A stretch of 64,000 nucleotides of DNA, taken from positions 1 through 64,000 of the forward strand of contig CAWKAR010000027.1 of NCBI GenBank assembly GCA_963847625.1, in the 5' to 3' direction. Within the stretch, counting starts at the first letter, position 1; every line of letters starts with the position of its first letter. Source of the stretch: a candidate division FCPU426 bacterium. GTDB lineage: Bacteria > Oederibacteriota > Muellerivitia > Muellerivitales > Muellerivitaceae. The notes below the pieces were generated by a model. It was not told the origin of the DNA, ran no database searches, and was given only the letters and a program-made list of their open reading frames with translations. The translations under genes were made by a program, and so were the position numbers. Shown here in pieces: positions 29,685 to 38,563 of this stretch.

Positions 29685-29745
29685 CTGCTCCGGGCGGTTT
29701 CGAGGCTCTTAGCCTTTCAGGCCCCTCTAAGGAATTTTTATTGCT

Positions 29746-32391
29746 ATGCCGACCAAGAGAGTATCTAAAAAATCTTCTTCCCACCCGAAAAGGCGGAAAA
29801 GCCATCCGGCTCAAATCCAGTTAACCCCGGCCGTGGAATCCCCGGTACCTCCGGTTCCTCAGCAGCCTTCCCTGCCTGTTTGGACCAAAACCTTCGCCAT
29901 CATCGCCTTGTGTTTGGGGCTGGGTTTTGCGTTGGGACACCACGCCGATACCGCGATGCTTTTCATCAGCATGGCTATATTTATTTTTCTTTCCAGGAAC
30001 GCGAGTTTCCGGACCCCCTTCTACCCCCTGGCCCTGATCGGACTGGGTTGGGCCTTATTTACCGTTTCTGCCGGGCAAGACCGCGGCTTCGTCTACTCTT
30101 TCCCAAAGTTGCCGAACTTTCTGTATGCCCATCCGGCGTTTTATTTCGCGGTAGGGATGGGGTTGATGGTGGCGTTTTGGCGGTTTTTGCCGCCATTCCG
30201 GGCGGAAGACGATGCGCCCAAGGTTTGGGCCAGGATTTGCTTCTGGGTGATTCTGGGGGTGGCCGCTTTCATGAGGATGCACCGCATCAACGACGCCATC
30301 GGTTCCTATTGGTATGAAACTGTCTCCTGCATCACCCAGCCCTGGGGTATTTTTGAATTTCATGACCGCTACCTGATCGCGTCACATGGGAGCCGGGAAC
30401 CGTTCTTCAACTATTTCATCGCGGTGTTATGCGCGCTCATGCAGAATACCCATTTAATTTTCATCCATCGGCTCGGATGCGCGCTCATTGATTTGTTGGG
30501 GATTTGGCTTCTCTACCTGCTGGGGAAGGAGATCGGAGGCCGGTGGACGGGGCTCGTGGCGGCAGGCCTGGCCTCCGTCACCAAGCCCATGGTTGTCGAA
30601 ACCCTCCTGGGATATCCGATGGTGACCCTTTCCATGGCGGTGTCCCTGATTCTTCTCATGACGGTGCGATTGTTCAAGAAACCCGACTTGAGGCATTTCC
30701 TCCAATGGGGCCTGGTTCTGGGTTTCATGCCCTACAATTACACGGCGGTCAGGCCCTGGCTCCCATACATAGCGGCGGTGGTGTTGTGCTGGATCTGGTT
30801 TCATAAGCAGAAAGGGGGAAAGGGGAAGTGGGATTTCCTGCTGGGCTGGGGGACGCTGGGGGCAGGGGTTTTCGTGTTCCTGCAGTGGAACCATTTCCTG
30901 CCGATGGAGAACGGCTTCATTTCTTTCTTAAACCACGGATGGGCGGGATTGGCCGTGGTGGCGATCCTTTGGCTTATATTCATCAGATCCTGGCTGAAGG
31001 CGGTCCAGCACAACGGCACAAGCCTCCTGCGGCGGTATTTTCTCGGGGTTTTCCTGGCCGCCGCGCTGGCCTATCCCCTGGCTTCCAGCCCGGAACTGAC
31101 GGGGCATATCACGGAACTTTCCATTTTCAAGGGCCTGTCTCATTCGAACGCCAACTGCATCCTGGAAGCCGGCCGGATCTTTTTCAACAAGGTTTGGATC
31201 AGCCTTCAAACCGTCTTCTCGGGAAGGATGGGAGGCGAGGGGGATGCGTACCTGTTCAACGGCGCTTTCTTCGATTTTCATTTCATCCCAGTATTCATCC
31301 TGGGGCTGGTCTCCCTCCTGGTACAGCCGAACTGGATGAAAGGGTTCCTGTTGCTTTGCTTTTTCGTGGGGATCTCGCCCCATGTCCTATCTACTGATTA
31401 CAACATGGGCAAGCTCATGGGTATCGTGGCGCCCCTCTCGGTTTTGGCGGGGTTGGGCGTCCGCCAGGCCTATTCGGCCTTCCGGTCCATCCGGGGCGGC
31501 CATTCCGGAATCTTGTTTGTCCTGCTTCTCACGGCTTATTTCGGATGGGCATTCAGCGGAACCTACCATGAAGTTTGGAAAAAATATTTCGATATGCAAA
31601 ATCTGGAGGTCACAACCTCCCTGCAGGTGGCGAAATACGCCCCCCAAGACCGCGTCTATATCGCCTCTTTTTCCTATTTCGTGACGGGGAAAACACAAGC
31701 AGTCCTGGACCAGGGCCTGGACTACTACTTCTTGGGGGACCAGAATCCCATTCCGGTGAAAACCGGGGATATTCCGAGGGACGTGATGGTGTTCATGCCC
31801 GTCTACGACGCGAAAACCAAGGACCTGATCGACAGCCAGTTCGGAAACGTTTCCTGGGAGGACATTCCCCAGAAAGGTTTTCCTGGTTTACGGCAGGAAC
31901 GCCGCGCGATTATCCCGGCCGCGGAGATACCCAAGGAACCAGGCAAGCTTTTTTATTTCCAGCGGGTTCCCGATACCAATTGGACGAGGGACTATTTCAT
32001 GGGGCGTGAAATCCTGGGTGACGGCATGATCGAAAGGGAGGAAAGCGTCCCAAGCCCCTACGACCCGGTGCCTCCCGAGATGGGCGCAAGGGTGGTGCGC
32101 TTGAAGGGCAGTTTCAACCTGCCGGCGGACGCCCAGGTCACTTTCGGGGCCAATACCACCAACCACGTGAAGCTGCAAGTGGACGGCAAGGAGATCCTGT
32201 ACCTGAGGCCCTACCAATACCTGAAGTTCCTATCCGGGGAGAAAAAGGTGGACCTGAAGGCAGGAAACCATTCGGTCGTTTATGACACTTATCTGAAAGG
32301 CCCAATGGAAATCCCGAAAATATTAATGTGGGTGGATGGAAGGCCGGCCGGGCTGATGGGCGCTCCGGCGCAAAATCCAATCGCCCCGTAA
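29746..32391 (+). CDS. ArnT/PMT-like GT-C glycosyltransferase with PA14-like domain (type A, copy A4; YWYE variant)
   Basis: 881 aa close paralog of A2/A3; early TAA removes the last 3 residues (ccg TAA ggg cat tga). Confidence 0.8.
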   Translation: MPTKRVSKKSSSHPKRRKSHPAQIQLTPAVESPVPPVPQQPSLPVWTKTFAIIALCLGLGFALGHHADTAMLFISMAIFIFLSRNASFRTPFYPLALIGLGWALFTVSAGQDRGFVYSFPKLPNFLYAHPAFYFAVGMGLMVAFWRFLPPFRAEDDAPKVWARICFWVILGVAAFMRMHRINDAIGSYWYETVSCITQPWGIFEFHDRYLIASHGSREPFFNYFIAVLCALMQNTHLIFIHRLGCALIDLLGIWLLYLLGKEIGGRWTGLVAAGLASVTKPMVVETLLGYPMVTLSMAVSLILLMTVRLFKKPDLRHFLQWGLVLGFMPYNYTAVRPWLPYIAAVVLCWIWFHKQKGGKGKWDFLLGWGTLGAGVFVFLQWNHFLPMENGFISFLNHGWAGLAVVAILWLIFIRSWLKAVQHNGTSLLRRYFLGVFLAAALAYPLASSPELTGHITELSIFKGLSHSNANCILEAGRIFFNKVWISLQTVFSGRMGGEGDAYLFNGAFFDFHFIPVFILGLVSLLVQPNWMKGFLLLCFFVGISPHVLSTDYNMGKLMGIVAPLSVLAGLGVRQAYSAFRSIRGGHSGILFVLLLTAYFGWAFSGTYHEVWKKYFDMQNLEVTTSLQVAKYAPQDRVYIASFSYFVTGKTQAVLDQGLDYYFLGDQNPIPVKTGDIPRDVMVFMPVYDAKTKDLIDSQFGNVSWEDIPQKGFPGLRQERRAIIPAAEIPKEPGKLFYFQRVPDTNWTRDYFMGREILGDGMIEREESVPSPYDPVPPEMGARVVRLKGSFNLPADAQVTFGANTTNHVKLQVDGKEILYLRPYQYLKFLSGEKKVDLKAGNHSVVYDTYLKGPMEIPKILMWVDGRPAGLMGAPAQNPIAP

Positions 32392-32407
32392 GGGCATTGA
32401 AGCGCCG

Positions 32408-34525
32408 TTATTGACCGGGAATAGGTTTTTGACTGAAGGTTTGGAAATACTTGAGGCACTGGTCCCGCCACTGCCGGGCGTCCCGGACCTGCTGGCGCAG
32501 TTTACCGGACACGGCTTGGAACCTTTCCCCATCCACCCTGCCCTGGAGCGCTTGCCAACCGTTTTCCAGGTTTTGAGTTTCCTCGACCCCCTTTTGGTAA
32601 CACCCGCACAACTCCTCCCAAAGCGTATTCCCCGATTTCATCCGGTGCCCCCAAGGCACGTGGTGGAACCAGAGAAGGTATTTCTCCGGGCAGGTTTTGA
32701 GGGAATTGAACTTCTCCGGCAAGGGGACGTGGTACTGGGCGACGGCGCCGCTTCCTTTAAGGGTGCGGTCGAAACCCAAACCCTTTTGGTCGGCGTGGAC
32801 GAAATAAGTGGAGGACCAATCCTCGTGCTGGGGATCGAAAGTCCAGGGCATGGGCGCGTAGTGGATATGGGGGTCGGTCATTCCGTTCAGGCCCAGGGGG
32901 GAGTCGTAGTCCACGAATGATTCCCGGGAAGCCATCATGATGGAAACGATTGGATCCACTGTTTGGGATCCATTTCCCCAAGTCAATCCCGCCCAGTCCC
33001 GGGCGATGGCCTCGGCGCTCAAACCCGGGTTCCAGGCCAGCCTTCCGAAGGCGTACCAGTTGGCCTGGGCGAAGGGGTGGCCGCACCAGTTCCGGTCATC
33101 GCCAGTATTGGCCACACCCGCGATAGCACTGTCTTTATGGTTGTTGAACTTGCCTTCTACGACTTTTTTAACCGTTGAGCCGGGGCCCTGAGCGTAAGTT
33201 TCCGCGTCCAGGAATTCCTTCCAGAGAGGGGCCAGGTAAACCAGGTGGGTGGATTGCCCCAGGTATTCCTGGGTGACTTGCAATTCTGCGGCCAGGGGAG
33301 TCTTGGGCATGGCGCCGAACAGGGGATGAAAGGGCTCGCGGGGCTGGAAATCCAAGGGACCGTATTTGACCTGGAGGAAAACATTGGGGAGAAATTTGCC
33401 GTCCAGCGGTGTGAACTCCTGGAAGGCGCGCTTGATCCGGTCATGGTCCACTTGGGGGGAATAGACGAAGGCCCTCCACATCACGACGCCCCCGTGGGGC
33501 GCCAGGGCTTTGGCCAGCAGGTTCGCCCCCTGCGCGTGGGTGCGGCTGTAATCGTTGGGCCCGGGCTGGCCCTCGCTGTTGGCCTTGACCAGGAAACCCC
33601 CGAAATCCGGAATCAATCCATAAATCTCACCGGCTTTTTTTGCCCACCACTTTTGCACCGAGGGATCGAGGGGATCGGCGGTGGGGAGGTCCCCCAACGC
33701 CTTAGGGGTTCCAAAGTTGGCCGAGAGATAGACCCGGATGCCGTAAGGACGCAAGGTATCTGCCAGTGCCGCGGTTTTCTTGAGATATTCGGCTTTTAGC
33801 ATCATGGGATTGGCGTTGACGTTGTTCAGGACCGCGCCGTTCAACCCGATGGAAGCGCAAGCCCGGGCGTAATCCCTCACGCGCGGGTTGACCTGGCCCG
33901 GCAAGTCGTTCCAACGCCAAAGGGATTTTCCCGCGTAGCCCCTTTCAATGGTCCCGTCCAGGTTGTCCCAGTGGTCCAACAACCGGCGCTTCAGGCGGGG
34001 TTTTTCAGCGATATCCAGTTTTTCAACGGGCTGGCCGGTGCCTATAAGCCGGAGAAGGTGGAAGGCGCCGTAGAGACAGCCCAAGGGGCTTTGGGAAGCG
34101 ACGAGGGTAAAGTGGCGGCCTTCCGCTTGGCAGGAACGGATCAGGTAACCTTCTTTTCCCAACTTCGGCAGACTTCGCGCCTCTTTCATGCGGGCAACCA
34201 AAGGGGAAGATTCGGGGGTGCCGACCAATAAGGAACCGTCCTGGATTTTCTTTAGGAAAGGGATATTTTTTCCCAGGAAACCCTTGAGGCCCTGTTGCAG
34301 TTCTTCCTGAAGGATTTTTTCGGTAGACGTCGTTCCTTCCACCACGATGGAGGAAAACGCATGTCGGAAGGAATCCAGCAGCCTGGAATTTGCCACCTTG
34401 TCGTAACGAAGCCAAAGCCGGTAACCGTCTTCGGCATGAAGGCCGGAAGGAATTCCGATGAAACACCCTATAAGAATAGGGAGCCGCCAGCGTCTTCGAA
34501 TTGCGGCAACTTGAGTATTTTTGAT
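32408..34525 (-). CDS. aguA: Alpha-glucuronidase, glycoside hydrolase family 67 (secreted); probable ATC start at 34525 (ORF caller: GTG 34396)
   Basis: A|EDGYRLWLRY N-terminus, HWDNLDGTIERGYAG, NNVNA, VKANSEGQPGP, WRAFVY, KYGPLDFQPREP, QEYLGQ. Confidence 0.95.
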   Translation of the reverse strand: MKNTQVAAIRRRWRLPILIGCFIGIPSGLHAEDGYRLWLRYDKVANSRLLDSFRHAFSSIVVEGTTSTEKILQEELQQGLKGFLGKNIPFLKKIQDGSLLVGTPESSPLVARMKEARSLPKLGKEGYLIRSCQAEGRHFTLVASQSPLGCLYGAFHLLRLIGTGQPVEKLDIAEKPRLKRRLLDHWDNLDGTIERGYAGKSLWRWNDLPGQVNPRVRDYARACASIGLNGAVLNNVNANPMMLKAEYLKKTAALADTLRPYGIRVYLSANFGTPKALGDLPTADPLDPSVQKWWAKKAGEIYGLIPDFGGFLVKANSEGQPGPNDYSRTHAQGANLLAKALAPHGGVVMWRAFVYSPQVDHDRIKRAFQEFTPLDGKFLPNVFLQVKYGPLDFQPREPFHPLFGAMPKTPLAAELQVTQEYLGQSTHLVYLAPLWKEFLDAETYAQGPGSTVKKVVEGKFNNHKDSAIAGVANTGDDRNWCGHPFAQANWYAFGRLAWNPGLSAEAIARDWAGLTWGNGSQTVDPIVSIMMASRESFVDYDSPLGLNGMTDPHIHYAPMPWTFDPQHEDWSSTYFVHADQKGLGFDRTLKGSGAVAQYHVPLPEKFNSLKTCPEKYLLWFHHVPWGHRMKSGNTLWEELCGCYQKGVEETQNLENGWQALQGRVDGERFQAVSGKLRQQVRDARQWRDQCLKYFQTFSQKPIPGQ

Positions 34526-34701
34526 GGTGATCCTCCAACAGGAATCGAGTGATGAATGGAACTGATTTTATCACCATATCCGGCCGGTTTTTTAAATGAG
34601 TTCATCGAGGTTTATTCAAAATCGGGGACGGATTCTTCTTGAAAATCAACCGAGGTTGCCTTTTATTAGTGCCTTTCCCTGTCTAAGAAAGGAAAGTTCC
34701 G

Positions 34702-35331
34702 TTGAAACCCAAACACATCATCCTATTCGACCTCGACGGCACGCTCACCTGGGGCGTGTCCACCACCCGGTTTCTCTTCCGGAAAATGGGCCAGGAGCCC
34801 TTTTTCAAGGAGTTGGAATCCGACTGGCTCCGGGAGCAAACCGACCATTTGACCCTGGCCCGGAAGGTCACCGCCCGGATGAAGGGTTGGAAAATGAAGG
34901 ACATCGAAAAGGCGTTGCGCGCCATTCCCAAGATGAGGGGGATCGGGTCAACGGTGCGCGCCTTGAAAAAAAAGGGATATTACACGGCCCTGTCGACCCT
35001 GGGCTACGAGTTCGCGGCCGAGTTTTTCCGGAGATGGTACGGCTTCGACGAGGTCCAGGGTACGACTTTGGAAATCCGCCGGGGAGTCATCACGGGAAGG
35101 GGAATGAGGATTTTCCGGGAGCATGAGAAGGCTCTTTTCCTCAAGGGCCTGGCCCGCCGGTATTCCATCCCCCTGTCCGAAACCGTGGCCCTCGGCGACA
35201 GCCGCTCGGACCGGGAGGTCTTCAAGGCGGCCGGGTTCCGGATCGCCGTGAATCACGACGGTTTTTTAAAAGGCAAGGCGGATAAGGTACTCAAGGGGCG
35301 GGATTTGGAAAGGATACTGCGATATTTATGA
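34702..35331 (+). CDS. HAD-superfamily phosphatase (phosphoserine phosphatase-like, subfamily IB)
   Basis: FDLDGTL motif I; EK; ALGDSRSD motif IV. Confidence 0.88.
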   Translation: MKPKHIILFDLDGTLTWGVSTTRFLFRKMGQEPFFKELESDWLREQTDHLTLARKVTARMKGWKMKDIEKALRAIPKMRGIGSTVRALKKKGYYTALSTLGYEFAAEFFRRWYGFDEVQGTTLEIRRGVITGRGMRIFREHEKALFLKGLARRYSIPLSETVALGDSRSDREVFKAAGFRIAVNHDGFLKGKADKVLKGRDLERILRYL

Positions 35332-36200
35332 GGCTCAGGAAAAGCGGCGTTTTTATCATGATGCTGGGAAACCTTTTTTTCGGTTTTCTTCCGGTCCTGA
35401 TCAAGTGGGGAAACGCGATGGGGTATTTATCAACCCAAACGACCTTTTTCAGGTTCGCTTTCGCTACCCTCGGCATCCTGGTTCTGGCGGCCGCGGGGGT
35501 GCAACCCCTCAAAGCAGTCAATACCCGGGCCCTGCTCTGGCGGGGCTTTTGCGGGGGCACGTCGGTTTTCCTTTATTTTTTCACGCTCCAATGGACCACC
35601 GCGGGTAAGGCCACGCTCTTTAACTACACCTATTCCATTTGGGCCAACGTCTTCACGGTAGTTTTCCTGAAGCGAAAGGCCCCCCGGGGATTGGGATACA
35701 TGCTGGCCTTGGCGGGCCTGGGGGTATTCCTGGTCCTGGGGACGAGGTTCGAGAACTTGAACTGGGGAGACTTGACCGGAATTCTTTCCGGCGTCGTGGC
35801 GGGCGCGGCGGTGGCGGCCATGCGCGAAGCACGCCGCACCGACAACGTCCTGACGGTTTTCGGAAGTTTCACCTTTTTCGGTTTCCTGATTTCGGGTTTG
35901 TTCCTGGTTTTCGGGCCGTCCGGGGGGTTCAACCACTGGACCCCCTTGACGGCCAGCGGATGGGAAATCCTCCTGGCCATGGGCGCTTGCTCCATGGTGG
36001 CGCAACTTTTTTCCACGCAGGGCTACGGTTACACCAGCCTGGCCATGGGTACGCTTCTGTCACTCACCGTGCCGGTTTTTGCCTCCTTCTTTGGGTTGGT
36101 TTTTTTGAAGGAAGCCCTGACCCCCCATTTCATCCTGGGGACGGCCATGGTGCTGGCCGCCTGCGGGATTCTATCCCGGTTGGATTCAAACCCTAATTAA
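35328..36200 (+). CDS. DMT/EamA family transporter
   Basis: About 10 TM in two repeats; TFFRF, LLWRG, ATLFNYT, FLKE. Confidence 0.9.
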   Translation: MRLRKSGVFIMMLGNLFFGFLPVLIKWGNAMGYLSTQTTFFRFAFATLGILVLAAAGVQPLKAVNTRALLWRGFCGGTSVFLYFFTLQWTTAGKATLFNYTYSIWANVFTVVFLKRKAPRGLGYMLALAGLGVFLVLGTRFENLNWGDLTGILSGVVAGAAVAAMREARRTDNVLTVFGSFTFFGFLISGLFLVFGPSGGFNHWTPLTASGWEILLAMGACSMVAQLFSTQGYGYTSLAMGTLLSLTVPVFASFFGLVFLKEALTPHFILGTAMVLAACGILSRLDSNPN

Positions 36201-36437
36201 AAATATGCAATAACTATCTGAAAACTGTTTAATTCCTGGCCCATCCACTTTCCCGAAATTTAATGCTGGAATGCGATGCAATTAAACAAGAAAGATGACA
36301 GAATTTAAGTGAATGAATAAAAACCTATTCTTACGGGGAAATAAAACAGGGACGCGGCTCAGGCGTGTTTTTTCCCTGAAAGAAACCCTGATTTTTGATA
36401 ACCTTTAAGGGATGAAGGTTTTTGGAAGGCGGGCCCC

Positions 36438-36896
36438 ATGTCCATGAAAACGGGTTGGGTCGAGAAGAGGCTCCACGAGCGCGTCGTCGCCACCCTGAAA
36501 GTCGATTACCGGCTGGTGGACCCCAAGGAATCCAAGAAGATCCTGAATCATATCCATTACAGCCAAACCACGATGGACCGTATGCCGGAGCTGGCCAAGA
36601 TGTCCTCCCTCTACCACGCCGTCACCCGGGACATTTCCGTGGGGGGGCTGGCGTTGGTCAGCGAACAACCCTTTGCCGAGGGTTTGCTGGTGGAGATCGG
36701 CCTGTACCTGCCGCAATACAAGAGCGTCCTGAAATTCCTGGCCAAGGTGGTCCACACCGATAAGTTCACTGAACTGGGCCGTAATATCTACCGGGCGGGG
36801 GTTCAGACCCTGGCCATCAACCAGGAGGATCTCAACCGGATTGAAACCTATTTATTCAAGTTGAAGCTGCAGTCGGGACCCCAGGAATCCGCCTGA
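36438..36896 (+). CDS. PilZ domain protein (c-di-GMP motifs intact)
   Basis: EKRLHER (RxxxR) and DISVGG (DxSxxG). Confidence 0.85.
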   Translation: MSMKTGWVEKRLHERVVATLKVDYRLVDPKESKKILNHIHYSQTTMDRMPELAKMSSLYHAVTRDISVGGLALVSEQPFAEGLLVEIGLYLPQYKSVLKFLAKVVHTDKFTELGRNIYRAGVQTLAINQEDLNRIETYLFKLKLQSGPQESA

Positions 36897-36909
36897 GACG
36901 ATGGCTGCC

Positions 36910-36937
36910 GCCGGATTTCCCAAAAAATCCGGCTTTT
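36910..36937 (+). terminator. Putative intrinsic terminator after the first PilZ gene
   Basis: GCCGGATTT-cccaaa-AAATCCGGC 9-bp stem followed by TTTT. Confidence 0.6.
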
Positions 36938-37092
36938 CTCCCCCCGTTTTTAACCGAATTCCTGCCCAGCTTTTCTCCTCTTCCGCTTTTCTGAAATAAA
37001 GCGCCACATTCCTTGGGCTCTTGACTTCCCAATGTTTTGGAAGATACTGCCCGGTGAAAGGCTTGAGCCCGATTGACCGCCGAGGAGGCCTT

Positions 37093-37530
37093 GTGGAACC
37101 CAGAACGGCCTGGATGGAAAAAAAACTCAAGGATAAGGTGATTGCCACCTTGAAGGTGGATTACAGTCTCGTGGACCCGAAGGATACCAAGAAGGTCCTC
37201 GGCCACTCCCATTACAAGGACACCACCATGGAACGCATGGCGGAACTTTCCCGGAAATCCTCCCTCTGGCACGCCGCGGCCCGTGACATTTCCACGGGGG
37301 GCCTTTCCCTCCTGGCCTACGCGGACATCTCCGTTGGAACCTTTGTGGAAGTCGGCCTGCACCTTCCGCAGTACCATGCTGTCCTAAAATTTCTGGCCCA
37401 AGTCATCCATGTCGAGACCTTCACCGAGATGGGCCGCGTCATCCACCATGCCGACTTGAAGTCCCTGGCCGTCAACAAGGGGGACTTGGAAAACATCGAG
37501 GCCTTCCTGATCCGGCAAATGGAGCAATAG
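37093..37530 (+). CDS. PilZ domain protein paralog (RxxxR lost)
   Basis: GTG start after GGAGG; EKKLKDK replaces RxxxR; DISTGG retained; colinear with upstream paralog. Confidence 0.82.
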   Translation: MEPRTAWMEKKLKDKVIATLKVDYSLVDPKDTKKVLGHSHYKDTTMERMAELSRKSSLWHAAARDISTGGLSLLAYADISVGTFVEVGLHLPQYHAVLKFLAQVIHVETFTEMGRVIHHADLKSLAVNKGDLENIEAFLIRQMEQ

Positions 37531-37539
37531 CCAGAGCCC

Positions 37540-38550
37540 ATGAGCGGATCAAACCTTGCCGTCCCCACCTGCTCCCGCCTGCCCCGCTGGCGGGGTTTCA
37601 ACCTCCAGGGCCGCTATTCCTTCCACAAGCAGAATCATTTCGGGACATTCCTGGAATGGGATTTCCAAATGATCGCCGAATTAGGATTCGACTTCGTGCG
37701 GTTTCCGTTGGATTACCGGTTTTGGATAAAGGACGGCGATTGGAAAAAAATCGACCCGGATGCCTTCCGGGAAATCGACCAGGCTTTGGCCTGGGCGAAA
37801 AAGTACCGGCTCCATGCCTGCATCAATTTTCACCGGGCTCCCGGCTACTGCATCAACCTCCCGAGGGAATCCCGTAACCTCTGGAGTGACCGGGAAGTCC
37901 AGGAGATTTGCGCGGCCCATTGGGCCTTTTTCGCCAGGCGCTTCCGGGGAATCCCCAACCGGGAAATGACTTTCGACCTGTTTAATGAACCCAACGAGGT
38001 GTCCAACGCCGATTACGCAGTGGTGGTGGCGATCATGGCCGCGGCCATCCGCTCGGGAGACCCTGAACGCCTGATCATCGCCGACGGCACGGAAGTGGGG
38101 AACCGTCCCGTGCCCGAGTTGATTCCCCTGAAGGTGGCACAGGCCACCCGCGGTTACCAGCCCATGGAAGTGAGCCATTACCTCGCGCCCTGGTCGCCGG
38201 GCGGGGGACAGTATCCAATGCCATCTTGGCCGTTGGAGAAGGAAGGAAAACGGTTGGACCGTTCCTGGCTTAAGAGGGAATATATCGAACCCTGGAAGGA
38301 ACTGGAGGCCCGGGGGGTGGGAGTGTTCGTGGGGGAATGGGGCGTTTACAAACGCACGCCCCACGAGGTGGTGCTGGCCTCCATGCGGGACCACCTGGAA
38401 CTTTGGAAGGAAGCTGGGTGGGGCTGGGCCTTATGGAATTTCCGGGGGGATTTCGGCTTCCTGGACAGCGGACGGGAAGATGTGAAATATGAGGAATTGG
38501 ACGGGCACAAGCTCGACCGTCAAATGCTGGAACTCTTGCTGGCTTATTGA
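37540..38550 (+). CDS. Glycoside hydrolase family 5 (cellulase family)
   Basis: RGFNL, GFDFVRFP, NFH, FNEP acid/base, VGEWG nucleophile, GWALWN. Confidence 0.93.
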   Translation: MSGSNLAVPTCSRLPRWRGFNLQGRYSFHKQNHFGTFLEWDFQMIAELGFDFVRFPLDYRFWIKDGDWKKIDPDAFREIDQALAWAKKYRLHACINFHRAPGYCINLPRESRNLWSDREVQEICAAHWAFFARRFRGIPNREMTFDLFNEPNEVSNADYAVVVAIMAAAIRSGDPERLIIADGTEVGNRPVPELIPLKVAQATRGYQPMEVSHYLAPWSPGGGQYPMPSWPLEKEGKRLDRSWLKREYIEPWKELEARGVGVFVGEWGVYKRTPHEVVLASMRDHLELWKEAGWGWALWNFRGDFGFLDSGREDVKYEELDGHKLDRQMLELLLAY

Positions 38551-38563
38551 TTGGAGGTGACTG

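Noticed and set aside
13856..32391. Diversity-generating retroelement or integron as the source of array variation
   Set aside because: No reverse transcriptase, template repeat, integron integrase or attC-like sites seen; differences are not visibly confined to adenines; junctions vary in position.
34023..34577. Frameshifted N-terminus of aguA or a separate overlapping ORF
   Set aside because: The true N-terminus (signal peptide plus EDGYRLWLRY) is in frame with the main ORF; only a canonical start codon is lacking.
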